Positions 13,908 to 30,882 of a stretch of 64,000 nt of DNA are shown piece by piece. The position numbers and the translations under genes were made by a program. This stretch comes from the human T2T-CHM13v2.0 reference genome, Homo sapiens. Within the stretch, counting starts at the first letter, position 1. Every line of letters starts with the position of its first letter. Location of the stretch: NCBI RefSeq assembly GCF_009914755.1, contig NC_060938.1, one strand, 5' to 3'. The notes beneath the pieces were generated by a model. That model saw nothing but the letters and a program-made list of their open reading frames with translations. It searched no databases and was not told where the DNA came from.

Positions 13908-15988
13908 TAGAAATATACAGATTTTTAAAGAGATGTTGATGGAAGTGAAGTTAATTGAAAATACCGAAAATACAAGTGTAAGTTCAGTCTTGGCTTTTCC
14001 AAGTATTCATCTAGGAAGCATGTTCAGTTGATCAGACAGAAATGAAATTGCTGGTAAAGTTCTTGTAGTTAACTTAGATTATGATGGGAAAGGAGTACTT
14101 TTTTTATACCTGAACTTTTCTATTGAGTTTTGGACTGTGTATGTTTTTTGAATCCAGTATACCCACTTTAAACCTTACGTACAGCTCATTTCTCCAAACC
14201 AAATATTTGAGATTTCTCTTTCATGTTTATAAATCCTCAAGATTTTTGCTTTGGTTTATTAGATAAGGATTTTTGGTGGTATAATAACTAGGTTGGGTGG
14301 TTTTATCTTAATCTCTCGTTTGCTTTAATATTTAGTTTTATTTAATCTCCTAAGAACGAAGATTAATTTTAAAAAGGATTGTTAAACTTTCGTGGCCAAA
14401 GAAGGCCACGATGTGCCTTCTAAATGGCAGAGAGCTCCAAAATTATTTAATGAATTCCACTCCTGGTGCACTCATTTATAGCAAGATGTGCAAGGACCTT
14501 AGCCTATTTATCATCCTGTTCTTGGTTTACCATTGCAACAATAAATCACCTTGATTGGTTCACCTTGACTTCACGTTACAGACTTTTCATGTTGACCTGC
14601 TTAAGAGTGTTTGAAAGCTACCTTTTAAATAATGTCCTATAACCACAATAATCCAACAGTATTGAGGACATGCCACCCTCAAACCTTGGTCCACCCACCA
14701 TCAATCCACAAAGTCCGTTTCTAAATATTACCTAATATTCATCATCCACTCAGCAAATACTTTTTGAGCTGTTTCATGTCAGGCGCTGGCTGTGGATGAG
14801 CTATGTATTTCGTAGATAACACTGCAGTTCTGTTCTCAGGATGCTTCCAGCTAGTTGGGAATTCAGGAAGAATAGAGAAAAATATCTTATCAGGAGATGA
14901 AGGAAATAATTTAAATGTACCGTCTTTGATATTTTCCTCTTTGTATTATGGAAGCAGTATATAAGACTTCGTGGAAAATTTGGAAAATACAGGAAAGTAT
15001 GAGGAAGAAAAATGTCATCCATCATTCTGCCACCCAAGAATAACCACTGTTACTACTTTCATGTTTCTTGTCTTTAAAAAATGGCTTCTAAAAACAAGCA
15101 GAACAGAGCTCTGTCCAGTAAAAGGCTTTAAGGTGAAATTTGATGAGGGAAAGGAAAAAAAGGCCCCCAGAAATGTTTCTGCTGTTGTGGGGGACCATGC
15201 TGTGGAAGCAGCATCTTGGGGAAGGGATGTCTGGGAGTTCTCAGGAAGAAAGTATCAGGGAACAAAACCAAGAACAGTGTTTACCTTAGATTTCCAAGTT
15301 ACAAGTGTGTTGTGTTCTAAAACTTGATGAGGTGGTAATTGGCATTCCAGATGCTTTTCTCAGATACTAATCTATGCTAGATGAGTAAATGGAGTCTTCC
15401 CTCTAGGACAGAATATGCGAGATGATTTTTAGATTGCAGTGTCCACTGCGTGTCCACGGTTTAAGGTTTGGAGAATTTATAATAGGAGAAGCAAGGAAAA
15501 AACATTTTTTTTGAAGGGTCTCTTAGGTACTAGCACTTTTTTTGAAGTCAGTGTTTCATTTAATGTTCATAGCAAACATTTGAAGGAAGTATTTCCCTCA
15601 TTTTTGTAGTTCAGATTTAGGAATTGGATTTAATTGCTTGTTTACAGTCATAGTGTTTCATATTAAGTGGTAGGGGCACATGCAGGCTTTGGAACCAGAG
15701 ACCTGGGTTCCGCCCTACCACAGTGATCTCAGACAATTCCTCAACCTCTTTCTTAATTTTTAAAAGGAAAAGATGATGATGCTTAACTCAAGGTTATTAT
15801 AAAGATGAAATGAGACAATGTATATAGCACCCTTCCCACAGTTTAGATTTAGGATCAATGAGTGAGAGCTTTTAGTATGTCACTTGTAAGGCAGCAGGCC
15901 CAGTGCCTGACATATAGTAGATGTCCAATAGATGTTGGACCCAGGGCTTCTTACAAGCCCTCCCAACTTTTCAGGTTTTTAAAAATTT

Positions 15989-16308
15989 CTCTATCTGTCT
16001 GTCTGTCTGTCTGTCTATCGAGAGAGATGGGGTCTCAGTCTGTTGCCCAGGCTGGAATGCTGTGGTGTAATCTTGGCTCACTGCAACCGCTGCCTCCTGG
16101 GCTCAAGTGATCCTCTCACTTCAGCTTCCTGAGTTGCTGGGACTGTAGGTGTGCGCCACTATGCCCAGCTAATTTTTTGTATTTTTTGGTAGAGACGGAC
16201 GGGGTTTTGCCACGTTACACAGGCTGCTCTCCAACTGCTGAGCTCAAGTGATCCGCCAGCTTCAGTCTCCCAAACTGCTAGGAGGTGTCGTGAGCCACTG
16301 TGCCTGGC
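15989..16308 (-). mobile_element. AluJ with tail converted to a (TCTG)n microsatellite
   Basis: ctatctgtctgtctgtctgtctgtcta followed by an antisense Alu dimer. Confidence 0.85.
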
Positions 16309-17023
16309 ATGCCAACTTTTCAATTTTTTCTAGTGTCTTTCTCTTGGATTTTGAAGGACCTTAATGGAAAGATATATTTCATTTGAATTATCATGGTGGA
16401 TTCTTGGATTTGTAAAATAAATGTCATCTGCACTGCACAGGAAAATTCCATCTCATCAGTAGTTTTCTTTGAAAGGTCATCCTGAACATTTTCCCCTGGG
16501 TGTCTGGGGAAGGCTAAGGGTAGGAAGGCTAAGAGCCCAGGTGGGAGTGGGGGAGAAGGAGAGCAGGAGGAGTCAATTTGGGTATTTTCCTGGCGTAGTT
16601 TGCTACCTACCCACCTTAGTAAGGACTGTACTATGGCCATGTGTGACTGGGATTGTAATGGAGCAGAGGTTAAGAGGGCACTGTGTGGGAGACGGGTACT
16701 ATGTGGAAGATATTTGGTTCTCCGTGCATACTCATGCTCTTTCATGCACTTATTCAGTCATCAGACAGTTGTTGACGCTTTCCTATATGCAGTGCACTGT
16801 GCCAGTCCTTTGGGATTCAAAGGATGTCCTCACCTCTGTAGGATTAAGCCAAGTTGATAGACAAGTAACAGAAAGTTACAGCTCAGTTTTAAGTGCCAAG
16901 TTAGAGGGAAGCTGGGGGAGCTTTGCCAAAGCATATTAAAATTATTTTTCTGTATTTGCTTCATTAGACCTTGAAGGCCAGGACTATGTCTTTGCAACTT
17001 GATTTTTCCCACAGCTTACTCTT

Positions 17024-17313
17024 TTTTTTTTTTTTTTGAGATGGAGTCTCGCTCTGTCGCCCAGGCTGGAGTGCAGTGGCGCGATCTTGGCTCACTGCAA
17101 GCTCTGCCTCCCGAGTTCATGCCATTCTCTTGACTCCTGAGTAGCTGGGACTACAGGCGCCCGCCATCACTCCCGGCTAATTTTTTTGTATTTTTAGTAG
17201 AGACGGGGTTTCACCGTGTTAGCCAGGATGGTCTCCACCTCCTGACCTCGTGATCCGCCTGCCTCGGCCTCCTAAAGTGTTGGGATTACAGGCGTGAGCC
17301 ACTGCGCCTGGCA
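17024..17313 (-). mobile_element. AluY
   Basis: gcaagctctgcc, gccattctc, accgtgttagccaggatgg; TSD ccca(c/g)agcttactctt 17008-17023 / 17314-17329. Confidence 0.92.
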
Positions 17314-17347
17314 CCCAGAGCTTACTCTTATATGCATCCCTGAATAA

Positions 17348-17651
<304 letters not shown>

Positions 17652-18124
17652 AAATTTGTATAATTTTTAACCTGACACAGAGACAAGGTAGTTTATAAAT
17701 GGTGTGTTTAAACTATATGTGTGGAAATCTCAACCCTGTAACTGGAGACATCTGATAAGTCTTAGACTTACTGATAATTTCATTTTTAGAAGGTAGAGGT
17801 GGAAATTTGACTAGTTAATTCATGCTGAGAACTTTGGGTGAAACTGGCTATTTTATTCTGGGGTTTCATCCTGATGGAAGTTGTGCAAGACCCTCTTGCA
17901 CATGAGATTTTTAGAAAGGTGTCTCATGAAGCTCAGAGCAAAGATGGTATTACCTCCAAGGCCAGCAGAACTGTAGAAGAGAGTATGGTTTCATCGAGAT
18001 GTGTGGGGAGCGCCAAGAAACAAAAATTGTGATTGTATGATTGCAAGTCATGATGGTAAGCAAAAGCGGGGATGGCTTCTAAAGAAGTCAACAAAGTGTT
18101 CAGGGTCATTGGAAAAGAAGCCAG

Positions 18125-19385
<1,261 letters not shown>

Positions 19386-19544
19386 ATTCAGGAGGCCAGA
19401 CTTTAAGTGGAATACAAAAGAGAAAAGGGCATGTAGTAAGCATGAAAACAAAAGAATAGGCCGAACTGCTACAAATATTTTAGACAGAGTATACCTAGGG
19501 TGACCTGTGGCTTGCAGGAAAAAAATTTGAAATTACCACAGTGA

Positions 19545-20100
19545 TTTAAAAAAATTTTTGGAAGTATAATCCACATCAAGTATGCAAACTGTAAAGGTAC
19601 AGCTTGATAAATGATCACAAAATGCATACACACATGTAACCACCATGCAGGGTCAACACAGAGACTATTACCAGCCCCCACAAAAGCCATCTTCTGCACC
19701 TTTGCAATCATTAGCCCTCCTGCACCCCAAAGATAACAGCTCTTTTGATTTCTGTCACCATTGATTAGTTTTTATATATTTTTTGAAATTTGTAGAAATG
19801 GGATTTTACAGCATGTTTTCTTTTGTACCTGGTTTATCTTGCCTAACATGTAAAATTTATCCATGTATTTCCTGTAGTTCATTTTCTTTAGTCAATAGTT
19901 TTCCGTTGTATCAATATCCAACTCTTTATACTGTCTTCTTTTGATGGATGTTTGAGTTTCAGTTTTCAACTTCTGGTCATTAGGCCCTTTCTTGCATGCA
20001 TGTTGAGGTGCACATGGGGCATGCCTTCCCATTAGATGTATGTCTAAGAGTGGACTTGCTGTGTCATAAAGTGTATCTGTGTTCCGCTTTATTAAAGTGT
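19545..20100 (-). mobile_element. Old L1M (MC/ME-like) fragment
   Basis: Degenerate antisense L1 3' end motifs. Confidence 0.55.
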
Positions 20101-20417
20101 ATGCAAATTAGTTTTTAAGCTTTAAAACAAAGTGATAACTAAAAAGAGGCTAAACCCACTGTTTAATTTTAACAAAAGGGATTTCAGAGTAATTCACTCC
20201 TTTTTCTTAGTATCTTTTATGGTAGGAAAGTATTTTTCAGACAGAGAAGGGTAGAATATGAAAGATGAGAGTAAAGCAAACAAGTTCTTACTCACTTAAA
20301 ATAAATAAGAATCTCCAGGCTGAAATGGATTCTTCCCCAGGATACTGAAAACTCTACCATTAATTTGAGGAACCGCAGTTGGGAAACTTCGAGAACTGAT
20401 AAGGTGAGAGAAGCTCT

Positions 20418-20926
20418 TACAGGGGCAAAAAGATGATACCTTTTCCTCATCCACCGCAAGGGTTGTGGTCAGTACTACTGTTAGCAAAAGACAGGTTAGC
20501 AAGAAAGAAAATATCACAGATTTGTTTAACAAAGTTATATATGACGTGGGAGCTTTCAGAAATGAAGACTCAAAGACCCAAGGAAAACTTTCTATGCTTA
20601 CATTTGATGGAGAATCATGGCCATGTAGTAATGTGATTGCACAAAAAGGGAATGATCTAATGGTAATAAACTGAGAGGGGAACCCAGCAAGGCCTGTCCA
20701 GATTCTTCTCAGCCTCTCTGTGTTGAGCATTACTTTTCTGCTGGGTGTGGGGCAGAACCCTTCTGGAATAAGGGTCTTATGATCTATTTTCAGGTAAGAT
20801 GGGTCGGAGAATTCCTTTATGACCATGCTTCACATAGAAGGCAGGGGAAGTGACCTTGTTTCTGGGCCCCCTCCAGTTTCCTTCAGTTCAGAATCCTTTG
20901 GGGGTAATGTATTCTGAGCCCTGACA
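20418..20926 (-). mobile_element. MER39-family (ERV1) solo LTR
   Basis: Reverse complement begins TGTCAGGGCTCAGAATAC; internal cagaaatgaagactcaaagacccaagg and aacccagcaaggcctgtc match recalled MER39. Confidence 0.75.
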
Positions 20927-21551
20927 CTCCTGAAATCTGAAGGTTTACGTCAGTGTTTTCATTTGTTTTCCCTAAAGAAAGGAAATAGATTTTTTTTTCC
21001 TAGAGAAAGGAAACTAGAAAAAGTTTCATGTGACTTTCTGACAGAATTTTAGTATAGGTTTAAACAGGTGATTTGATAGCATGAGAGAAAAAGGTAGTGG
21101 TTACCAGGAGCCAGGATGGTTTCAATATTACAAAAAACATTCACTGGGTTTCTAATTCCTGTGGGTTCCTGGTACTCCTGCTGCCGGAGGAACAAAGGTG
21201 AATGTCAAGTTCTGAATTTAGGAGGTCAGCTTGTAGCTAGTATCCTTAGTGCATTTCCTTGCACATATTTTTTGATGGCCCAAGAGTGGGGGAAGCAGAC
21301 GCATTAGTAAGTAATCCCCAAATATAGGCAGAGTGCCTAGGAACCTGGTTAAGGAGTGCTCTTGTGACACTGGGGAGGATGTGGAGAATAGGACATCTTT
21401 TGAAGAGGTGATACTGCTTCTAAAATCTGAAGAGACTAAGGGAAAATAGAGTAGGGTGGGGAGGGCAGGCAGGTGCTGAGGCTTGGTTATAAGAGCATTT
21501 CTGCTAGATGGAGTAAAGTGATTATGAAAAAACTTTTTAGAAGTGGGAGGT

Positions 21552-21897
<346 letters not shown>

Positions 21898-23259
21898 TTA
21901 CCCGATTGGCCACTGATTGCCACCGATTGGCAAAACCTAGTGAGGTTTTGCCTATTATGCTAAGGACTTGGGGCTTTTATACGCCTAGGGGAGCCCTGGA
22001 AAGATTTTAAATATCCAGGGAGCAGAATGATCAGATTTGCATTGAAAAAGTTTGCTCATAATGTGGAAAATGTACTGATCTGGGTCCGGGGACATAGGAA
22101 ACTCTTACAAGAGTGAAGTTAGGGATTGCAGTGGTCCTAAGTCCCCCAGAGGGACTTAGGAGAGACTAAAATAAGTCATTCTGTGCTAATCTTGTTTTCC
22201 TTTAAAGATAGATTCTGAAAAGTTTAAATAGGTTATTAGTTAGGGGAATGCTGTCTTTTGATTTCAGCGGAATATTTAGTTTAACAAAAGGCTGTCCTTA
22301 TGAACAAGATGGGAAAATGTGATATGGGTATTAGGTGGATTTGTAGCTTGTTGAATAGTAGATTTGATGGATCTGCACAAGCTGGAAGAGAAGCATTTTG
22401 TCCTGTGCTGTTGCACTCTGTATTTGATTTCTGTGGGTTACAACTTTGATCTGTGAAATAGTTTTATTGTTAACAAATTTATATGTGAAGTTAGAAAGGT
22501 AAGGTAGTTGACAAATTACTTTTCAAGTTTAAAATATGCCTTTATAAAATTTCAAAGAGGTGAAATTGGTTGTAGGGGTTGTGGGGGCAGAAATGCTACT
22601 CTTTAGGTTGCAAGTACAGTATAATTACATAAACAGATAAATAGTTTTTCTGTGATACTAAAATTTCATGGGAGAGGGTGATTAAGAAAAAATGCCTAAA
22701 AAGTCTCTTTAGGGGTGCAGTGATGGAAAAAAGTTGAGAACCACAGGTTTAAAAGAAAGCTGTTGAAATGGCTAGCCAAAACTTGGAATACATGGAGATA
22801 GTTGAAAATTTCTACATTTAGGACTCAACACTAAAGGTACCATGATAGGTTGGGAATATTTCATGATTTATGTTTATGTGAAGGAAAAAAATGGAATTAA
22901 ATCCCTTTGTTACTTTTATTTGCTTCTAAACTCAGTATGAGTCAGTAGGGTGGATATGACTGAGAGAAAGGTTAATGCAGCCTTAGCTTTCATTTATAAA
23001 ATTAGGTGTAAATAGAATTCAGAGTGTAAGAGTTTCCTGTATGGTTTCCTAATACGGTTTATTATTACCATAAACTGATCAGAACCTGATCTGGAACTTG
23101 GAAGATGAGAAGTCTCAAAACCATGTTGAGAAGCGTTATTCAGACAGAACAACAACCAACTTATTGTTTAAATATAACAAGACAACTGTAAGAATTTATG
23201 GCTTGAATCCACAAACATAATTAAACAATTAAATTGGGCAATGCTGTATAATTAATAGA

Positions 23260-25330
23260 TTAATTAAATCTATATTGAGTGCCTACTATCTTCCAGGTGT
23301 TATTCTAGCTACTGGGGACTCTGTACTCAGCCAACTGGACAAAATATCTGTGTTCATGGAACTCACAGGTTAGTGGATGGAGCCAGACAGTAAACAACAT
23401 AAGTTTGTAAAATATATCTAGTATGTGAGATAGTGTGCTAGGTATTAACAAGTGTGCCAGAGGAAAAATAAGTAGAAAAGGAGTATGATAAACAGTGAGA
23501 CTGGTGGAAATATTAGAGTGGCCAGAGAAGGCCTCATTGAAAAGGTGATTTTTTTAAAAACATACTTTATATTGTAGTGTAACAAATACAGAAAAGTGCA
23601 GAAAGCACAAATGTACCATGGGATGAATTTTCTGTCTTTTTCTTTTTGAGACAGTCTCACTCTGTTACCCAGGTTGGAGTGCAGTGTTGTGATCATGGCT
23701 CACTGCAGCCTCCCTGGGCTCAGGTGATCCTCCCACCTCAGCCTCCTGAGTAGCTGGGAGGGTTGAATTTCTGCGAAGTGAATACACTTGTGTAATCAGC
23801 ACTCAAATTAAGAAACAGAATTTTAACTGCCCCTTAGGAGGTCTGGTTACCCCCCCTCCTAGTTGAAGCCTTGCTTCCTGAGGACTCACACCATAGGTTA
23901 CTGTTGCTGGTTTGTGAGCTTTATATTAATGTCATAATGTATAATATATTCTTTTGTTTCTGGCTTCTTTTACCAACATTGATTTGGTGAGATCCATCTA
24001 TGCTCTTACAAGTATTTGTAGTTTATTCATTTTTGTTGCTGTAGAGTATTAAATTGTATCATGATACCACAGTTTACTGTCTTCTGTCTCTAGCTAATGA
24101 GTAGCCCTGCAGCAAACATGCTTGTATATTTCTTTTTAGTGATGCCATCTACAGGGGATATAATTAGAAGTGGAATTGCCAGGTTATAGGATATGTGTAC
24201 ATTCACTTTGGTAGATACTGATAAACAGTTTTCTAAAGTGATTATATTGATTTGTATACCTATTAATGGCATGTGAGAGCTCCACAGACATGTCAAGATT
24301 TGGCATCTCCTGCCATTTAACTTTAGCTGTTCCGGTAGTTGTGTAGAGATGTTCCATTGTGGAAGACTAATGCATTTAAGCACCTTTTCATATTTATTGG
24401 CCATTTTGAACCACTTTTTGGTGTGATGGAAATGTTCTGTATTTTCATTGTGTTGTGGTTAAATGACCATATACATTTGTGGAAACCCACAGAAAAACTG
24501 TACACTAAAAAGAGTGAATTTCACCATATGCAAATTATATGTCAATAAATAAAATGACTAAATACCACATTCATTATTGATTTATAGAAATTTTAAAAAT
24601 ATATTCTAGATGAGTTCTCCATTGTATATGTGTATTGCACATCTGTTCTTCCACTTGCTGGCTTGCCTTTTCAGCTCTCTTAATGGTGTCCTGTTTTAAG
24701 AAATTTTAGTTTATCTCAAGGTCACAAAGATAAGGATGAATTTCACGTAACCACTTGAAGAAGTAAGGTCACTAATCATACAGGTGTCTGACCTGGAGGA
24801 GACATTTTAGACCAAAGAGGCAGCAGGTGTGAAGAACCCAAGGCCAGGTGCCTAGAAGGACATGGCTAGTAATGGAGGAGCGGAGATGAGCTGAGAGAGG
24901 CATTGAGACAGCAGGTGGGGCTTGCTGAAGAATTTCCTCTCACTGAGATGGGACTCCTGAAGGGTTTTAAGCGCAGCATTGACCTGGTCTTACCTAGGTT
25001 TTAACAGAGTCGCTAGGCTGCTGTGTTGAGAATAGCCTTTTGGGAGTGGGGCTGAAGTAGGGAGCCAGTTAAGAGGCAGTGGGGGTGGTCTGAGGGAGTG
25101 ATTATGGTGACTAGACCTGGTGGTGGCAATAAATGGGGTAGTTGACTGTTGGTAGGTTTTCAGTGTGAAGCTGAAGGATATACTCATGGCCTGGAACTGG
25201 GATGTGGAAGAAAGAAGAATGGCACTAGGTATTATTTTAGTATTTATTTTTATTTTTTGCCTGAGCAACTGGAAAGAGGGGAATTGGGAAGTTGGAGACG
25301 GGCAGAAGGTGCAGAAGATGTGGAGTAGTG
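23260..25330. mobile_element. L2 interrupted by L1ME fragments and a partial Alu (about 23640-23760)
   Basis: tattgagtgcctactat...gaaggcctcattgaaaaggtga (L2); L1M-like 23560-24700; L2-like again from about 24760. Confidence 0.55.
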
Positions 25331-25722
25331 CCAGCCATCTGCTTGTATTTTACAGATGTAATCTTAATTTTTTTCAGCATTTTATAAAGAAAGGCCATTC
25401 GAATACCAAAAGAATAGGAAAAGACACAATTTCAAAATAAAGATCAACCATTGAAATTGGATAAATTTAGCCTTATGAAATACTCAAACAATTTTTTTTT
25501 CCCCGTTTCTCTGAGGACCTACAGATGCAGGTATTGTTTTGCAAACCAGCTTTGGGAATCACTGATTTGTGGTATTATGCATGTATCCTTTGATGTTGAT
25601 ACTATTAACAAATGAGCATCATATCCTTAATCTTGCAATAAGATTGCGATTAGAGTCTAAACATGATAAACGAAAAATTAAAGTAGGCCGTGTGTCATTT
25701 CTGGCCTAGAGATACTTCATTT

Positions 25723-26023
25723 GTTTCTTTTTTTTTTTTTTTTGAGATGGAGTCACGCTCTGTTGCCCACGCTGGAGTGCAGTGGCCATCTTGGCTCACT
25801 GGAATCTCTGCCTCCCAGGTTCAAGTGATTTTCCCTCTTCAGCCTCCTGAGTTGCTGGGATTACAGGCGCCCGTCACCACACCTGGCTAATTTTCATATT
25901 TTTGTAGAGGGGGGGTTTCACCATGTTGGCCAGGCTTGTCTTGAATTCCTAACCTCAAGCAATCTGCCCGCCTTGGCCTCCCAAAGTGCTGCGATTATGG
26001 GCGTGAGCCACCGCGCCTGGCCC
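25723..26023 (-). mobile_element. AluS
   Basis: TSD gatacttcattt 25711-25722 / 26024-26035. Confidence 0.9.
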
Positions 26024-27863
26024 GATACTTCATTTCTTAAAAAAAAAAAAAAGACTGTGTGTGCCAGGTGCAATCAGAGGACACATATGGTACATGTGTA
26101 GTTGTAGTAAAGCTTGAGAGTCATCGTAGTAACTACTTTGCAGACATTCTCTATGAAATTTTAAAATGTTTTTGAAGTAGCCAAGCTCTAAGTTTTCCTA
26201 AGCAAGTTGATTTGCTTTGTTCTTAGGGAAGAATATAGTTTATGTTTTAACTTTTGCATATTCCCTTTCTCCCCACCATCAGTGCTAAAGCTAAGTGCAC
26301 TATAAATTGTTTGATAAAAGCCATTCAGGGAGCAGGAGGCAAGGTGAGGTACTGCGATGACAAAGGGAGAGCTTGCTGAGTGCCTGGAGACCCAGGGCCC
26401 GGGGGTCACTAACATTAGTGAGACTTGTCTTGAATCACTGTGCCGAGACAATGCATACTTGTGCTTTGGCAGAGCATTGAGATGCACTGAATCATTATCA
26501 GTGTCATTAAGGGCCTTCAGAAACGTGTAAGCGATCTTTATAAAGTTTTGCCTTTGAGTATTACCTGAAAAGTACCTTGTGTAGTTTGACAGTATTAGTC
26601 AAAGATATCAAATGTCCTTTGTAAGATTCTGTTGCCACTTTAAGGACCAGTATTATTAACCGCTGATTACTTTTTCCGTCTTTGCCAAGTAATTGTATAG
26701 GACTTAATCTTTATACCAAGAAGAGAATTTTAACATGCATAATCACTTCTCAGTGCTTCCAGTCTGCTTTTAGTATTAGATAATAGTGTCCTATTTTAGT
26801 TGCCTGATGTGTCTGTGGTTTTAACGTGATTATCTTACCCTGAGGGATGGAGGAAATCAGTGAAAAGTTCACTGCTGCTTTGTGAATTAAGTTATGCCTT
26901 GGCACGAAGTACTGATCATTTTGGCATTCAAATACGGCATTAGATCACCTTGCCTGCAGTTGGGGAATGTTCTGAAAGTGCTACCTAACACTGCAGGATT
27001 CTCCATAAACTTGAGCTGGTATAGAAAATGATGTTTATTGTATCCTCTTCTCAAATATCTTGCCAAGTTACTGTCATCAGACTCTTTATTGATAGAAAAT
27101 TAGTTAGGCAAAAACCATTTTCTTCTCCTTGCATGGCAGAGGTGATGAAATTTATGAGAAAGTACATATAAGGGAAGGTTCGAAGTGTTGATTGTGAATA
27201 TAAGCCCTGGCTTGAAACAAAGAATTCTTGGCTTGTATGGTGGAATGTTTTGTGTGTTGTTTTCTTTTCAATCTCAGCTCTTGTATGTGGAAATAATGAA
27301 ATGAATATTTGCTATGAGTGTTGGTTGGGGTTTTTTGTTACAGATACTAAGAGTTATTCTAGTAGTGTAAGCAGCAAGTGATTTATTAAGGGTGATAGCT
27401 AGTTTAGCAGATTGGGCAGGCTGACAAAAGAGACTGTACTCTGAGTTTCTGGGAATGGTTGCCAGTTCTGCACTGTGGAACAAGCCTGCTGAGGAGCTGC
27501 TGCTACTGATAAAGTCAGGGTGCTGCAAACCAGGAACCCAAGCAAGACTCACCCCCCTTCTTCCACTTTCCCTACATAACACCGTTCTGAAGGAGCCCCA
27601 TGTGGTATGTCTGGTTGGTGGAACCTAATTAACATGTCTGCTTGTATACCCCCAATTTGCTTATTTGCTTTCTTTTTTTAAATTCTATATTGGGAAGTGA
27701 GGTTTACACAGTAAGGAAGTAGTGAAAACATAACAAAGATGATTTGGGGCTCCATGAATAACAGATACTTATTACAGTATCAATTTAAAATAATATAATG
27801 TTAATTATAATTATAAGCAGTATAATAGTAATCAATAATATAAGCTTTTAAGTGAAACTTTTA

Positions 27864-28203
<340 letters not shown>

Positions 28204-28524
28204 TACTATTTCACTGAGGGATATAAAGAATATTTTATGGTTGTGTTACTTTAAAATTCTATTTAAGCTAGCAGGGGTATGTTGATAGGAAAGCCAAAGA
28301 CAGAGAAATTCCAGGGTTTTTTTTTTTTAATCCTTGGTGAATACCACTGCAAGTCAAGACCCATTCTTGTGAATTTGTTTTTCTGATCAGAGAGAGTTGA
28401 GACTTATGAATCAGTTAGTATAAATTCATTAGTTATTTGAAGAATATTGAAGAATGAAATTAATATGAATCTGATGGTGGGTTAGCAGAATTACAAATCA
28501 TGACATTATTATAATTTTAAAAAA

Positions 28525-28690
28525 ATTTTATGTGTTAGAGACAGGGTCTTACTCTGGTCTCCTAGGGGGAAGTGCAGTGGCGTGATCGTAGCTCACAGCA
28601 GTCTCAAACTCCTATGCTTAAGCTTAGGTGATCCTCCCCTTCAGCCTCCCGAGTAGCTGGGACTGTGTGTCACCGTGCTTGGCTAATGTT
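28525..28690 (-). mobile_element. Alu right monomer (AluJ/FRAM-like), followed by MIR at about 28770-28890
   Basis: gagacagggtcttact...cagcctcccgagtagctgggact; MIR core gaggaaaccaaagcccagg. Confidence 0.75.
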
Positions 28691-29003
28691 ATAATTTTTA
28701 ATAGATGGCTATTTATCTGAAGTTTTTTTTTGTGTGTGTGTGAAAGAGAGTTAGCCCTATAAGGAACTTCGAAATCACATGGTCCAACACCCTGATTTTT
28801 ATAGTTGAGGAAACCAAAGCCCAGGGGCTGAAGTGATTTGCTCAAGACTGTATAACTGGTTGGTGGTAAGGCCGCCTGATTTCATAGCCTATTCATTTCC
28901 CACTAAACTCTCTAGGAAAGCACAGGTTTCTCCACACTGGGAAAAGCTCCTGGATTCCCCATACTGGGATTTGAGCCCTGACGTAATAGTCAGGATGTCT
29001 TAG

Positions 29004-29627
<624 letters not shown>

Positions 29628-30101
29628 AACACTGGTGCTCTTTTATGTTTCAAATGAATAGTGGGACATTTATTTTTGAATTTTGAGGAAAATGAATCAC
29701 AGAAGTAAGAATTTTGTTCAAAATAACACTTGGGGTAAAAACACACCAAGCATACCTAATTGAAGTTGTAAGTTTCACTTGGTAAAATAAGCTGCAAAAA
29801 TGGAGGGGATTTACACACAGCTCTCTTCTATTTTAGTCCTCTGGGTTGTTTATAAATTTGCTCATACATAACTCTTTTGCTAAAGCATTTGCCATTACGT
29901 GTATAGTCGGTACAAGTTAAGAATTACTAGGAAACTTCAGTCTGGCTCACTTCATCATCTCCTTCATGTCTTTGCTCAGACACTGCCTTTGTAGTGAGTC
30001 TTACCCTGACCCCGTCCTGTTTAAGACTGAGCCCACCTGCCCTCCATTCATTCCTGAATCCCTTTTTCTTAACAGCCTGTCCTTTTTCTTTGCAATAGCA
30101 C

Positions 30102-30494
30102 TGTATTAGTCAATTCTTGCACTAGTATAAATAAATACCTGAGACTGGGTAATTTATAAAGAAAGAGATTTAATTGATTCACGGTTCCACAGGCTGTACA
30201 GGAAGCATGACAGCTTCTGGGGAGGCCTCAGGAAACTTTTAGTCATGGCAGAGGGAAGCAGGCACGTCTTGCATGGCTGGAGCAGGAGGAAGAGAGAGAG
30301 TGGGAAGGTGCTATACACTTTTAGATAACCAGATCTCGTGAGAACTTGAGAACAGCACCAAAGGGATGGTGCTAAATCATTCATGAAGGATCTACCCCTA
30401 AAATCCAGTCACCTTGCACCAGGCCCCACCTCTAACACTGGGAATTAAAATTGAACTTGAGATTTGGGTGGGGACACAGATCTAAACCATATCA
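30102..30494 (-). mobile_element. MST (ERVL-MaLR) solo LTR
   Basis: tgtattagtc...cacaggctgtacaggaagcatg...aaaccatatca; TSD agcac/agcat. Confidence 0.9.
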
Positions 30495-30517
30495 AGCATG
30501 TATCCCCTCTGACCTTA

Positions 30518-30882
30518 TGGTATGGTTTGGTTGTGTACCCACCCAAATCTCATCTTGAATTGAGGTTCTCATATTCCCCACATATTGTGGGAGGGACCCA
30601 GTGGGAGGTAACTGAATCATTGGGGCAGGTTTTTCCTGTGCTGTTCTCATGATAGTGAATAAGTCTCATGAGATCTGATGGTTTTATAAAGGGCAGTTCC
30701 CCTGCACACGCTCTCTTGCCTGCCGCCATGTAAGATGTCACTTTGCTCTTCCTTCACCTTCCGCCATGATTGTGTGGTCTCCCCAGCCATGTGGAACTGT
30801 GAATCCACTAAACCTCTTTTTCTTTATAAATTACCCAGTCTCGGGTATGTCATTATTAGCAGCATGAGAACAGACTAATACA
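30518..30882 (+). mobile_element. THE1 (ERVL-MaLR) solo LTR
   Basis: tggtatggtttggttgtg...cagactaataca; perfect TSD cctta 30513-30517 / 30883-30887. Confidence 0.93.

Noticed and set aside
14390-14411. 8-bp inverted repeat tcgtggcc-N6-ggccacga
   Set aside because: A single short stem can arise by chance in 64 kb, with no larger ncRNA structure visible.
16320-16939. Overlapping 141-aa and 156-aa ORFs in mostly unique sequence
   Set aside because: No homology I recognise, no convincing paired splice signals, and the + ORF has a non-ATG start.
20296-20826. 176-aa minus-strand ORF
   Set aside because: Lies mostly in the MER39-family LTR, with no recognisable domain.
21974-21981. TATAAAAG on the minus strand near the CCAAT cluster
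   Set aside because: The CCAAT boxes would lie downstream of it, and it sits in L2-like sequence.
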